From positions 248,001 through 312,000 of the forward strand of contig CDROCS010002968.1 of NCBI GenBank assembly GCA_977020255.1: a stretch of DNA of 64,000 nucleotides, in the 5' to 3' direction. A program made the position numbers and the translations under genes. Source of the stretch: Obrimoposthia wandeli. Lineage: Eukaryota. The notes below the pieces were generated by a model, which saw only the letters and a program-made list of their open reading frames with translations, was not told the origin of the DNA and did no database searches. This document shows, in pieces, positions 12,901 through 27,720 of the stretch (its first letter is position 1; each line of letters opens with the position of its first letter).

Positions 12901-15900
12901 TGTAATTATTTAAAGTTAAAATAAATGTTGGTTCAAAAAACAAGGAAATCCACTTGTTTCAAACTTCATATATTCATTTTTGAAAACATTTTAATTTACA
13001 CATCTTTTTATTAGTATAAACAACTATTCTATGGATAGTATATAAAACGTAGGAAATCATATTATTACAGTATCATTTATCCCAATTGTTATAATATCAT
13101 AATTTGTAGGCATCTCTAAGCACATAGACACCTCATTAATATATTTTATGGATCAAAGTCTTTAGGTTTTTCATTTTCAAAAATATTTAAATTTTCTTTC
13201 AAATTATACTTCAGATTTTGGACAGCTGACATCAACTCTTTAAGAAAATCTATTTTAGTGCATAAAATTAAAATTCCACCACTTTCCATTGGCTTAAAAG
13301 CTATAAATAAATACTTCTTTTGCAATTTTGTGCGATTTAACCTTATAAAAATCGGGTTCTTTTCGGCATATGAAATTATTTTGTTCATCGTAATAAAAAT
13401 TGTTTAAAAATTGATTTGAAATATAATATATAAGACTATATATATACTAATTTGATTTAATATAGTACATATAATTTTATTGGTGCCGGCTACATAAAAT
13501 AATTTATAATTTTTTTCAGGATTTTGTCTGCGAATCACACACATGATTTCAAGATAATATATGCAAAATAATTCATTAGTATTGTCCCTAAAAAAGAATA
13601 ATGGATTATCAAAATTAAAATAATGCAAGAAATTATTTTTTCAAAAATTACAGTTAAACGTTTGAATATAAAATGAACTCATGCTTTGAATAGTGTTTGT
13701 TTGTAATTCCCAGCTTAACAACTTCTACTTTTAACAATGTCTATATTTTTTCCCATTTTTATATTTTCCTTGGAATCCAAACGAAATATAGACAGCCCTA
13801 TAACAATATTCGGTCAGAATTCAACAGGACATTTACGTCTGTTTATCGTTTGATACTGAGGATATTTAGGAGTGAGCATAAATTCTAATTAAAGAAATTT
13901 TATGAGATTTGCCATGGCCTCAGCTAACTGAGGCCCGTGACAGTTCTCCTAAGAGAAATTGTCTGTGCAAGAAACCAGCAGCTTCAGCAATAACTGCAAC
14001 AGTCGACTCGTTTGCTTCATTCGAGCTCATTCAGACTTTTGACAAATGGAAATTGGATTTATGTCCTATCGTACTGATTCATCTTAGACCGAGTAACGTT
14101 TTGTAGATTTCGATTTTAATGGCAAGACGATGTAGTAATTGGAGACGTTTCATAATTCATCCCTTAAGGATATTTTGATTTACCTAAACAAAATGGGTAA
14201 TTACAACATTTTTACCAATGCATCGCGCGGGAAATTATGATGAAGTGATCAAACATGTCTTGTAGAACAGTTCAATTAGCAATTACATAAATGTCAATAA
14301 AATTATATAAATATGTCTGAATAATCAAGACAAACCATCATAATTCATTATTGGATAATAAAGGCAGTATTCAAGAACCTTCTTTAACTCTATCCTAAAG
14401 TATGCTCTGTAAAAAATTGAATTTTTAGGTAAGGACATATTATATTTTATTAACAGAATATTCAAGTTTTGTTGTTGTATAATTATTACACAAAATATAT
14501 ATGATATAGTGTGCTCCATAAATTTTGTTGTAACTTTTCTAAAATAAAAATCTTAAAGATAAACTTTGCAAAATGAAGTTTTAAAATTTATATTTTATTT
14601 AATTTATTTTATTTTACTATAAAATTATTAATTTTTTATTATATTTGCGACCCAATTTTGGAACAAAATTTAATTATTCATATAAAGGTAAACCAATTGA
14701 AAATAAATACATTATTACATTTAGTTGAATAATATTGGCCAGTTTTCATAAGTACATCAGATATTTCCTACCAAGATCGTCTAATAATTGACATATTTTG
14801 CAATTATGATTATAGCATAAATTTATAATAACTTATTATATTTTAGTTCAAAACAAATCGGAAGTTTCATACACAAAATTCTTCATAATTAAAAAAAATA
14901 TTTTCGATTAATGACAAATAAGAACTATACAGTGGTCATTTTACGTATTTTAACTACTATTCTTCAATATTCAGGTACATGTTTTTCACGTGTACGGTCA
15001 AGCTGTAAGATAAAACTATGATTATTTTTAATGAATACAGCTCTAAATTTAAAATAAAACATTCGTAAAGAATAAAAAATTAACATAAATGTTTAAGCTT
15101 TTGGTCAAAACTACAATTTTTCAAAATACAATGTTCAAATGAAGTTTAATTTAAAAACACTTTTATAAGTATATTATTTCTATTCGTTTTTTATATCATA
15201 AAAGAAAAAAAACATTATTTATCTATATTTTCAACTTTTAAAACACTGCAACACAAAATTCATAATTAAAATAATAATATTACTGATATAATAATTTATG
15301 ATAATTGACAGGATGTAGATTATTGAGTTTTCTTCAATGTTGTGTTAGGAATAAATGCAATTCTTATCTATTCCTTAATTTTTAGTAAGAAATATAAAAT
15401 CAATTTGTTGATTTTTTCAATACTTCATATTGGTAAATATATTAAACTGAATTTTTAATGATTATTTTTATAAATTACATCAACTATATTGTACATTTAA
15501 TATAATATTGTTAATTAAGTAATTTCTTTTTTAGCTTTGCAATAAAATGTTTTAGTTTAAAAGCATATCTTGATTTCAATATGTTTTTCATAAACTCAGT
15601 TTTACTATTTTTATTAATTTTCCCCAAGTATTAATAGTTTTGTATATATTTTCAATAATACTGCTTTACAATTGTCACCATTTTAAAGTTTTTACTGTCT
15701 TCAAAAGATGACTCAAGTTTTCACCGTCAACTTTTTAAATGTGAAATCGGTCTCATTAAAATTAATACAAAAAATTCATTCATTATATGAATATTATTTT
15801 ATTTAAGTTTTATAAAGTTGACATATTTAAAAAAAAATTAATTTACAAATATACTATTGTAAATCTAAAATATTTGTATGTTTTAAATAATATTTTAATC

Positions 15901-16137
15901 CAAAATTGAAATACATATAAGCAAATAAACAAAATTTTATAAAACATAAAAAACTTTTTGTTAAATTAATGCAATTGTTTTTGTTAAATTAATGAAATTC
16001 TTTTGCCTATATTAGCCCACATTTTTAATTTAATATTAAACTTCGAATAATGTCCTATTTAATATAAAATCCATAATCTAACCTATCAAAATATAAGAAA
16101 AGGATATTAATTTGAACTGAATAGTTTACTTTTTCAG

Positions 16138-16230
16138 ATATATATACAATAATACAGTGTATTGCTCATAACAACCAAACACCTACAAAAGTCATTTCTA
16201 AATTTTTGGAAGATGATATTTTGATTCAAG
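16138..16230 (+). CDS. Candidate host exon (93 nt, phase 1-1) encoding the end of an Ig-like domain
   Basis: TTTTCAG acceptor and AG|GTAAGA donor; open frame (D)IYTIIQCIAHNNQTPTKVISKFLEDDILIQ with a CxAxN motif. Confidence 0.5.
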
Positions 16231-18156
16231 GTAAGATTAGATTTATAGATAATGTCTGATGGCTGATATAGCATGATGTTTAACTAAAAATTCTTTTGAC
16301 ATTTACCTGAGTTGTTATTATAACTTAAATGAATCTCTTTACTAAATAAAAATAATTGTTTTCGAAAGTCGCTCTATTTTATATGTGAAAGTCTCTGAAT
16401 ATTTCTTTTTAGAGCTATCAGACTTAATATAAACATTCGGTTTGTTAGTTGTATAATCCTAACTGAATTGATGCACTCTGTTGATATATTTTAGTGTGTG
16501 AAACCTGCTCAATTGCATAAATCTAAATCGTGGAGGAAACCGAAAAACTTCGTATATATTTTTGTTTATGCCTTCGAGTCCACGACGCCTGTTCATTTGT
16601 CAGTAGAACTGAATATATATGTTGGTCTTTAGATGGTAGTCAGTCATGCTGAACTATCAGTCGCCACTGATAAATTGGTTTCTATCTTGTAAATGTACTT
16701 AACTTTTCCTCGTAACTTGTTGAATAAGTCATTCCCTTCATATTAATTTTTACGAGTGTTAACTTGACAACTTGTCGGTTGTATTTCTATTTATGCTTCC
16801 AAAAATTATGATTTGACTCCGTATTAAATTTATTTTAAATTAGCTACTTGTATTCAATCAACTAAATTTGTAAAATTATTATTCTTACTTACGAATTCCT
16901 TACCAATAATTTTCTTTTAAGGTGTAATTTTTTAAAAAATGATATTTATTTAATTTGTTTTGTTATTGCTTTTATATGATTTGGTAGATGAAGATCCCTT
17001 AAAACGCTTTAGAATATACATAAGTTATATTAGATTGTCAATTCCACTTATGAGTGGGAAAGAGGCATGAGAGAAAGAAATTTAAGAAATCATAAGAAAT
17101 TAGACATTATTTTTATTTCAAAAGCCCAAAATGTTTATTCAGTTTTGGAAGTTCAAGTATATCTTTGTCTGCCGAACGTTTCCAACGTGTATTTGTTAAC
17201 ACATTTTGGTAAATCTGATTTTGGTACTTTTTTGCAGTCATAGCGTATGTAATGAAAAGTAAACCCTCAGGATCTAAAGGGTCTTGTTGGATTTCTTTTG
17301 CAGGCCACTATACATATCGTTTCAAAGCTGTAGTGCTTAAGTTTGTAAAAACCATAAATTCTGAAATCATTTCGGGTATTTGTTCAAAATAAGTATGTTC
17401 TTCTGAAATAGTAATACTTCAATTAGATTTTTTTTATTCGAAGACGATAATGTCCAAAACTTTACATGCGGATACCAAACTTGGCCAATAAGCTCCAGAA
17501 ACAACAACTATATAGGCTATCAGAATATATCTCACTGGGGCAATCTACCAAACAAAGCTGCAAGATCAGGCTCACCACTTGACCACTTTTCATCGTGAAG
17601 GCGCTTATTATAAATCCACAAGACTTCCATTGGTCTTAAGACAGTCCCTGCCATTCTACAATGGACTCTAATGCAAATACTTAACGTAGACAAATATTGC
17701 TGGAACACTTAATTCATCCATGTGCATATAGATTATATTTTAATCATTGCTGAACCAGAAAATTCCAACTCAAACTATTAAATTGTATCGAGTATGTAGG
17801 TACCATCATCATCCAGCTTCAAACCGTAGGATCATCTATTTTACAAGTAATATTTCGTCAAATTAAAGAAGATTATAATAAAAGTTTTTTAATTAAAATT
17901 GTACGCATAATTTATTCAATCTTATCTTTTTACAATAAATATCTCTTTAAATAGTCCAAATATAATGTCTCGTCTTTAATTCATTCCAATTATCAGAATA
18001 TTTAATTTGGACCGATTGCATGCACTGCTTGGAAAATTCAAGGACAGAAATAAGTATATAAATGAATATTTTCAATTGACTAAAAGCTAAAAATCATAAT
18101 GTTTCAAGCAATTTAAAAGTACATCAGTTATATATAATTAAGTAGGATAATGATAT

Positions 18157-19541
18157 TGTTGGGGTTTCTATTTGAAATGCTTTGAATTCAGATAGATCCT
18201 CGGATGGAGGGCCCCAACGTGAGCTCTATAGCAATAGGGTTTGCAGTTGTTTAAGGTCTATTTAGATTTTACTTGCCTGTCTCAATTTCTAATCTGAAGG
18301 TTTGTTTTCTCTTGGTGTTGTGGAGATGTGTGAAGAGCTGTGTATATGGGTACTGGAAAAATTCGCTTTGTGAGGTGTAATGTATGGAGTAGTTGATACT
18401 TACTTGATTTCAAGTATTTGTTCAAAATAACGCTGAGTAAATTGTAGGAAAGCTTTATTGTCATAAACACACTAATTAGGTTTCTAAAAAATGACAACAT
18501 CACTCAAACTTTATCGAAAAACTTCTTTTAAAATTTACTCAAGTTTATCGTAAACTTCTTTTAAAATTCACTCAACTTTATTTAAAACGTCTTTTAAAAT
18601 TCACTCAACTTTATCGAAAATTTCTTTTAAAATTCCCGCTTCTTATCTCTCACCTCTGTCCGATACCGTTGAAATTCCACAAGATCTTGCCACTAATTTT
18701 CCGTCAAGATGCTGGAGTCCTAGTATCCGGCAATTCGTCTTGTCCGTCCGGTTCTTGTTTCGTTTCCTTGTGTCCTTTCTAGTTCTATTTGTCCCACTAG
18801 CTCGATATGCGGGTCCTCAAATTAACGAGGCTTCCTTGACTATACTCTGGTAGGTTTAAGACTGTCGTGCGTCTAATCGTCTAATCTTCTTTTGTGGCGC
18901 TCGGATTTTATCAACGAGACTTCTTTATCACTCACGTTTTTCGAATTCTGGATATCAAAATAAATAACTTCTATATTAGAGGTTAATTACCTTCTTCTTT
19001 ACTCTCTGATCAGTATTGATATTGATCAAGTGGTGACTCAACTTCTCTCTTCTTCGCGGATAATGCGTATAATTCGATCTATACTGGCAATTCGCTCCAC
19101 TTCTGGAAACCAACTCTTCTCGCTAATAATAATAATAATTGGTGTTTTATAGTAAATTTACCTTTGCAGCTAATGGAGTTGCTGTCTACCTGCTGCTTGT
19201 TCTCAGAGTCTTCCTTTTTATTTGACAATATTCCTGTCAATAGATAATGGATTCTGTCTGGAACTAATGGATCAGCCTTGTTTCCCAGTCAATTAATTTC
19301 TTGCTCTATATTCTACTTCAGAATTTATTGGTTATTTTTTATTTATTTAATTTTCCGGGCCCTTAACTTTTATACTCATCTCACACTACACATGACCTTT
19401 CAAGGTCCTAAAATATTTCTTAATTTTATTACATATAATTTTATTTCTAATTTTATTTTATTTTTAACCTTGTTTCCCAGGTTTTATTTCTTGTATAAAT
19501 AAATTATTATTTTCCCAAATATTAGAATCCTAATCCTAACA
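18157..19541 (+). mobile_element. Solo LTR (Gypsy-like), TG...CA, 4-bp TSD ATAT
   Basis: Starts TGTTGGGG and ends CCTAACA; ATAT on both sides; AATAAA near the 3' end; four ~33-bp tandem repeats at ~18500-18635. Confidence 0.85.
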
Positions 19542-20973
19542 ATATTGATTTAGTTTTACAACATTTACGACTTGCACCAATATAATAATCATTACATGAC
19601 TCACTGTGTTTATTATATAGTATACCTTATCGTGTTATATTATGTTCAACTAAACCGTTGTCGAATTTTATTTTGTGTTTTATTGTATGTTAAGAAATAA
19701 TATTCTCTGATTTCTTTTGTTGTCAAAAAAAAATTATGTCTAAGATTAAGTAAAATGTGTTATTTTTGAGCACACTATCTAGACTTTTAGTGTACTCTCT
19801 ATGTACTACCTATCATATGTACCTAGTTATTTTGCATTGTTGCAATTTCGTCGGAATTCTTTCTTTAAGCAGGGGCAGAAATCTGATCACGAAAATTTGT
19901 TTTATTGAAATATTTCGTTCAGTATATTTGAAAATACGTAGAAAATATAGAGAAATAATGTGAGGAAAAGACGATTTTAGATATGGCCATCATTGATAAA
20001 GTGAATGAAAATTCGTTACAGAAAATTAAAAACTGTTTCAGTTTTCTAATGTCAAAAAAGTTTGAAAAGAAAACCCAATGTGTCATTTCAGGTGACCTTG
20101 ATGGTCAATTGATTGTATCACCTCGATCTGAATTATTAAGCCACTATCTAACATTCAATGAAGTGGTGTATCATCTTGCATAAACCAAAGTTTACCATCT
20201 TGAAAAACTAATAAGTACTGCAATTGTAAAAGTAACCAATTTTGTTAAATATCATAATATTTCGTCAAACACCATTATGCTTGTTAACCTTTACATTCAA
20301 ATACAAATAGGCCTCTTCACTTAATAATATGTATCTTGTAAAACTTTAATTTTTATTAATAATCAACTCTGATAATTTTTCATCAAATGGTAAACTTATA
20401 AATGTTTTTTTATTTTATTTTACAATTTTCTATTATATGATGTGTTTAAAAAGTTTTTTCCCCTTTCAGTTACTAGTTATGTAAATAGCCCCATGTAAGT
20501 ATAACAATATCATTAAATATATTCAAAAAAATACAAAATTTACGTAATTTTTTTTACATTTATATAATTAAGACAGTTCATTGTAGCACATGCAGTAATG
20601 TATCGAATTGTGGACAGTCACTTTGATGGAGCGGTTGATATTAGAGGTCAATTAGTTGCTTTGTTTGACTCTTTCGAGAAAACATCCTCGGCACCACTGA
20701 AACAAAGTCGCTAATTGACTACACCGAAATTTAGCCGTTTCGAATTTTGATATCAATTTAGCATTTATAATCAACAGACAAATGAACATTTGGGATAAAT
20801 TAAAATTAAGCAGAACACAGAAAATCATAAAATGAACCCTGAATGAACAATGATTGTATGATTGATGAAATTATATCGTTATTTTAAAATTCATTTTTAC
20901 TGATAACTTATGGAAAAAGAAACGGATAATAGAACAACTATTGCTACTGAACTGATATAATAATGAAAATCTG

Positions 20974-21985
20974 CAGTAGAATCTCCATTATCCTTTAAAA
21001 TCTTAAATAGTTAGATACATAAATTCCGTAATTTCATTGGAAATTGGAAATATACTTGGAATTCAAAACTATTTTATTCAATTGTCTTAATTAATAACTT
21101 TGGTTTCATGTTTTTGTTTAATTAAACGTACTTGAAAGAATCAAGGAAAACGTAAAGAATTATCTTCCAAAGAACAACTATAAATAATTTAAATATTAAA
21201 ATTTTATTTCTGCTATTAAGAAAATTTCTGAAATTTTTCAGAAATAAAACAACAAAATATTGATGGAAATGTTTAATAAAGAAAAAAAAAGATCTTAAAA
21301 ATATAAAAGATAAATCTATATTATTAATGATAAATTAAATGGCGATCCATCATTTAAAGTTATTGGCTTTTTCACTTTAAATCATGTTATTCGAAACCCT
21401 CAAATTCATAGGCTTTCAGCTAATCCTAAATCAGTTGATGATTTTATAGAAAAATTAGACAAACATCAGATGGGAGTTCATTATCACAAAGATTTGATTT
21501 ATAGTGTTGATGAGACAGGTTAAGATGAAAATAACTATCTTTTGAAACATTAGCACAAAACCATGGACGTAATATGGCAGGTTATAAAACCAGTAAAGAT
21601 TACATGTGCAGTGTCAACAGTTAAAGTATGTCCGTAGGTAGATGTGTGCCAGAAGTCACTGCCAATGTCCTAATTCAACATGAACACATAAACTTTCACT
21701 ATTCTGTATTGTAAATCAAAATGTTTAGTGTTTACTGGTTACGTATATAAATCGGGCCAAAACATGGATGACTGATGAAATATTTAAACAAATATTTAAA
21801 ACTATAAACATAATAAATTTATTTAAATATACCACAGTAGATAAATTTTAGTCGAATTAATATATTTATTATTTGAGAGTAAATCTTTGTTTAAATTTTG
21901 TGTTGTAATTATATTCGATTATCCGGATATTTAGATTATCCCAACCACCTACTTCACCGTTTGATGCAGATAATAGAGTAGTGTA
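20974..21985 (+). mobile_element. Tigger/Jerky-like pogo transposon relic, internally deleted
   Basis: HRLSANPKSVDDFIEKL...DLIYSVDETG...TLAQ..MAGYKTSKD; CAGTAGA..ATTATCC-type left end and a degenerate inverted right end. Confidence 0.75.
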
Positions 21986-23938
21986 AAATATGTGAATTAA
22001 AAGAATACTGGGAAAATAAAATATTACTAAAATATGTCTTTTTCCGACTGTTCATTTACATTTGTGAACTTTATAATAATAATAATAGTAAATGAATAAA
22101 TCTTGGGAAGTATTTTTCATTCTGTAATTGACTTTTCTTAAAAGCACTAAACAACGTCTGATAAAGGAATAAAAAGAAAAATCTTACAATTTCTGTTAGT
22201 TTTACTTCGGTTTTCGAACTGAAATACGTAATAATTTCAATGTAATTTACATAACATGGTCAAAAATAATCATGAGTGTTAAGAGACTAAACCTTTTTAC
22301 AAAGTTTAAAGCACTATAAATATAAAGTGTCTAGAGACCTCATATAACACCATTGAAATTTTGGTTTGGGAGTTATGTAATAGGGGCTAAGCTAAGAATT
22401 TCCAATGCAATCAGCAACATGCATCATCAAATGATTCAAGTTACATTGCGTCATAACATGAAACATTTTAAAGTGTAATTATTTTGTTGTTGAATTTAAT
22501 TGTATTTGTTATAAACAGTAACTTTTATATTATCCTAGACAAAGCCTAAAAAATCGAGAGCAATTGACTAAAAATTAAAACATAATCTCTCAAGCAATTT
22601 AAAACTACACCTGCTATATAAAATTAATTAGAGTAATAGTATTCATTTAGATTTACGATATTTCGGACTTTCAAAAGTATTTTTATAACAATATAAATAA
22701 TATTCCTTAAAATCACAGAGAAAACGAACGAATCGTTGGAATGGTTACGAATAACCTGTTTAGGCCACAATAAAACATCAAGAACACCAAAGACCTCTGT
22801 GGGCCACAACAAAGAAAGAGAGCGGATGTAGTCACTGATAGAAAATAAAAGTAGCAGCATTGAACTCCAAAACTGTCAGTTCACCAGCATTCTCCAGATC
22901 GCAGGTGCAGGGGATGTCCAAACCCATGAAAAGATCGTAGCGTAGACAACAGGAAAATGGGTGTCCAATTGCACACTACAATATCAGACTGGGTAAAGAC
23001 CGAGATGTCCGTTTCCAAGACTATGATCTTTTAAACTTAAAATGTTTGACAACAATGTAAAATAATCCAGCTTCAGCAAAACCTTCGTCTCAATCGGTTT
23101 CTATTTCCTTCAATAAATCAATAGAATTCGTCCCAACTCTCGGTACGTCAATTGTAAAACTTCCCGTACTATGTCTTATATTTGTGAAAAGTTCCAGAGA
23201 TACTGATTGCGCGACCGGGAATTGAGCTTCGGGGTTCATATTGCAAGACTACCGCCGAACTATCATAGGTCCTAATCTCCCAATTTCTAACCCAAACAAG
23301 ATTTTGTAAATGGAAAATATGTACTTATAATTATCATTAACTGATTTTTTATTAAACATTTAACTTAATATTTGCTAAACAATTTTCCATTTGTGATGCC
23401 TTCTACCATCCAATTTTTCCTCTACATTTTGACTTAAAGAATACGAAAAATAAACAAAAGAAAGAAAATAGAATAAAATTCAAACTGCAAAATATAAACA
23501 ACCATGACTTTAAATTCACCCCATTTAATTCAAACTCATCCTATGACTGAACTGTTTAGAGTTGCCACCTTATTTCAAATGTTTACCAAAATTAACCCAT
23601 AATCTTTTAAATGTTTATTTGTATTAAACAATGCAGAAAATACGAAAAAAAGTAAAATGATTGATTATATTTTTTTTCATCTTATATGGTATTTATCTCT
23701 TTAAAAGTGTTCAAAATCAGAATTGAACCAATATTGGATAACATGGTATTAATTTTTTCTTTTCAAAACAATAATTATCTGTTTGAGATTTCATGGGTAT
23801 ATATTTTTAAAATATATATAGAGTAATCTATTTACGAATATTATTCATTATGAATTTAAGATATGTACAAGTGCTAATAAAACCACCAAATGAATAATTT
23901 AAAACAAATATGGAATACTTCGGCATCGCATATTTTAA

Positions 23939-24290
23939 GTGAGAAAAATGTATTCTATATTTTTGGAACAAAATTATATAAATACCTACCCCCATCATTA
24001 CTTGCTTCAAGATAATGCTAGACCACATGTATCTAGGCAAGCATTACAATTTTTAGTAAACAACAATATACAAACTGTTGCTAATTACCCTCCTTGTTCT
24101 CCTGATCTCAATGTGATTTAAAATATTTGGGCCATTTTCAAGGATAAAGTTCGTGAACGATTCCCAAAAACAATTTCAGATCTCAAAACAGATGCAAATG
24201 AAGTTTTTCACGAGATCTTTGATGATTTAATTAGAAAGCTGTACACAGCATGCCTGGAAGAATATTATAAGTATTAAGAAATAAAGGCCA
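23939..24290 (+). mobile_element. Tc1 (DD34E) transposase C-terminal relic
   Basis: LLQDNARPHVSR...YPPCSPDLNVI*NIWAIFK; the catalytic E position is a TAA stop. Confidence 0.9.
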
Positions 24291-24639
24291 ATAAAGATAT
24301 TGTTAATATAATATTTATATAAAATTACTGGCCTTTTGCTTATTAATTAATAATTTTTACCTTTTTGTTCATTAAATCATTTTAACGCACGTTGAAGTGC
24401 TATTGACGTATGACATAATAGCTAAATAAAATATTTACTTGTTATTATTGTATAATAAGCGTTAATCCCTATAATAATTAATAAATTAATCGATTGAATA
24501 TTAGATAATAAGTAATTAAAAAGCTTTTTTCAATTAGTTTTATACTAAATTTTTTATAATTTAAATCCTAATAAATATCAAAAATAAAATATTGTAATAT
24601 TTTACCAATGTTGAATTTTAACTGTCCGGTATAGTTGAT

Positions 24640-25162
24640 AGAAAACGTGAAGGGAGTAATTTGTTAAAAAATGAAAAACAGAAGGATTTTTATCCAGAAA
24701 TGAAGTATCAGATGAAAAATGGATCAAATTTGAGATTTCTTAAAGAAAAGGTAATTTATGTAAAGAAAGTAATTATATGCGTATGATAGGATATGAAACG
24801 AATTATATATATTACGAAGTATAGGAGAATAATCAAACGATCAACTTTAATATATAATGTTCCTTGTTAAATAAAATGAAAAAAACTTTCATGCATCAAA
24901 AACATAAAAATCTTCAAACATTTGAATGAGAATTAAGAAAGCATTCGCCATATTCTTCTGATTACCTAGCGATTACTACTTATTTTGGTCTATTCAAAGT
25001 TATCTGGACAGTAAAATGTTTAAGATGAGTTTTACAGCGGAAATCTTTGTAAGGGAGTTCTTTACAACATCTGATATGAATTTTTTGAAAAGAAATATAG
25101 AAAAATTAGTTTATCGTTGGGAAAATCTAATTGAACTAAACAAAAATGGTTTTGCTTATTAA
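24640..25162 (+). mobile_element. mariner (DD34D) transposase relic
   Basis: SDEKWI, KKVIICV..DMKRIIYYE, HSPYSSD, YLFWSIQSYL, NIEKLVYRWENLIE. Confidence 0.8.
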
Positions 25163-26099
25163 ATTTTAAAAATATATACACTTATTTTTATGATATTTTA
25201 CCTATTTGAATTTTTTCCTACCAATCCACTATATATAGGTAAATACTAATGGTAAAACTGTGAAATATTAAAAAAAAACGTCAATTTCTGTTTTTTCTGA
25301 TAAAAATATCGATTATCAACATTCTCTAAACTGTGAAGTTTCAGCTTTGTAGTAGTAACAATGCACCCCCTTTCTTGCACACAAAACTACTGCCATGTTC
25401 TCATGCTTTGCATGATCAACATGAACACCGGAAATGCGTGATCTATATACTACCGAGCCGAGTGCCCCCTGCCCTTGCTGGCCAGGATATCGAATATATC
25501 TTAGAAGACAAACCCAAGATTCGATACACAGTCCCAGTGGCTTCCTGATTAGGGGCTACACAGCTCAATCGTGCGCCTTTCTAATGGAAATTGCAGGAGA
25601 TTGAAAAACAGAAAATTATTTAATATGCATTCAGATATATAATTATTAAAATGGTTTATAAATTGTTTATTTCGCTGAAAGTGAAAGTACCACATTTTTT
25701 AATTCCAAGCATTTTTATTTAGGAATTATTTCGAATTTATGACTTGATGATAAATTGTGAAAATATATCATAAACTAAAATAAAGTGAAAAAAGGTTTGT
25801 CTCAAAACTACAAACAAATAACTCTTAGGCGTAATAATTAATAACTTTTATTTTTTTCTTGTTTAAATTAGTTAGCTCATTATGAAAATACCATTAAACA
25901 TTCAATATCATCTGGATTTGAGAAAAATAACGATTTGACATGTATGACATATCATATTTAGTTAAAATAAATAATTATTTTATACGATCTGTTACAGAAA
26001 TATGAAGTATTCGAATTGGTTTCGAGAGATTTTGTTGAAACCTGTCGAAACTTATCGAAACTTATATATTAGAGTAATTAGAGAGTGAGTGTTGCATCA

Positions 26100-26450
26100 T
26101 ATTTTGATTGAATTATACGAGAATTGAGAAGCTAGCATTTTAACCGCATTTTGTTGATGAATGGTTCTGGAAGATTTATAAAAAAAGCTTATTGAATTAT
26201 CAGAGGCTAGTACCATGAAATCTCAGGTCTTGCTGAAATTTGGGAAAAAATAAAGAATATTCTAAACTCTAAGTATATGTTTGCTGCATGATATCATTTG
26301 TTCTACAACTTAAAGTTGTGAAGACTCATTATTATATGTGACACATATTAGGAATTCGTTGAGAACGACTTAGCATCTGACTTATAGAAAAAATACTAGA
26401 ACCTGCTATTACCTTTTTGTCTTAATTGAAGCAATCTCAAAGTCATTGAT
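26100..26450 (+). mobile_element. hAT Buster/Charlie C-terminal relic
   Basis: KKLIELSEASTMK..LAEIWEKI, VENDL, ILEPAI..L.LKQSQSH* corresponds to QLIELSxD..FW..VExDLR..IxPxI..QAQxSH. Confidence 0.7.
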
Positions 26451-27379
26451 TATTTTAAATCGGACTTCAAACCTCTTATAATTTGATCTATACTATATTA
26501 ATTAAAATATAAAAATGTTAAAGTACTGTAAACATAATCATATTTATTAAGTGCGGTCTGATTGACATAATTATGGTTATTCCTGTACAGTATCTTTAAA
26601 TTAAAAGAAGAAATGATATAAAAAGTTTGAAATAATCAATTAATCTTAATTAAGAATAAAAATGTAATGATTTACCATATAATTATTCAATCAATACTGT
26701 CAATATAAACATTATTTTAAAAAAAACATGGTTTCAATTACGATTAAGTGCTATCACAAATAAAATACGTACTAATCGACAGATATGTGACAGACACGAA
26801 ATTCGTTAAGTATGTAGATTTCTTTTGCTGACTTATTAATTATATGGAACTAAAGAACTTATTTCTATTGATATTAATGAAAATAATATTTTTTACAAAA
26901 ATATCTAATGTAAGTTATATTAATGAAAACAGTGAATTATGATTGTTTCAATAGGTTTTAAAATGTTCTAAATTTACCAAATGAAACGAATCAAATTTTA
27001 AAATATATTAATTTTAGAACAACTTTACTACACTCAAATTAAAGTATAGTAGTTATAAATGAAATAATCAAATTTTAGATAGATTCGAACTATATTGAAA
27101 TTTTTATTACAATATAGATAAATAAGTTTAATACAATTTTAAATAAACTAATATTTAAAGAAAACAGTTAATTTAATTAAAATCATTTATCTATTTTGTA
27201 ATAAAATACTTCAAAATAGTTAAATTTGTAAAAACTTAACATAAACAACTATATGATTTTAGTATATTTATTTAATTTTAAATGGGTTAAACATGTCATT
27301 GAAAAATTTCCAATGTTAATTGATCTTATCGTATGGTAATGCTGATTTTACTTTGTGAAATAGTAGAAATATATAATTA

Positions 27380-27720
27380 ATGTATTTGGAAGGAAGTCAG
27401 AGTATCTAAATGCGTCGTAAGTCATCTGGCTACATTAATGATTTTCCCTGGTTCTTCTAGAAAAGGTCACATGTGTGAAGCATAACTGGATTCTGAACCC
27501 TCCATAAGTGCCCTGATTGAAACTGAACACCTGATATTATTACACGAGCCACTTTTTGTCAATTTAACCGTTGGAGCTGTTTCTTAATAAAATAACACAA
27601 AGGAAACTGTGTGAATTTCTCCACATGATTGCTTCACATAATCATTTCTGTGAAACATTCGATTATGGTTAAATGTGTATAGATCGGAATAAATTAAGCG
27701 TAGATAATGCTGTGACAAAG
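27380..27720 (-). mobile_element. Possible BEL/Pao gag-protease junction relic
   Basis: SCGEIHT (zinc-knuckle-like) followed by IRALMEGSESSY, resembling RALLDSGSQxS. Confidence 0.35.

Noticed and set aside
22720-23300. GC-richer segment with a minus ORF (22624-22860)
   Set aside because: No recognisable motif in six frames; probably LTR/UTR-type repeat, not supportable as a gene.
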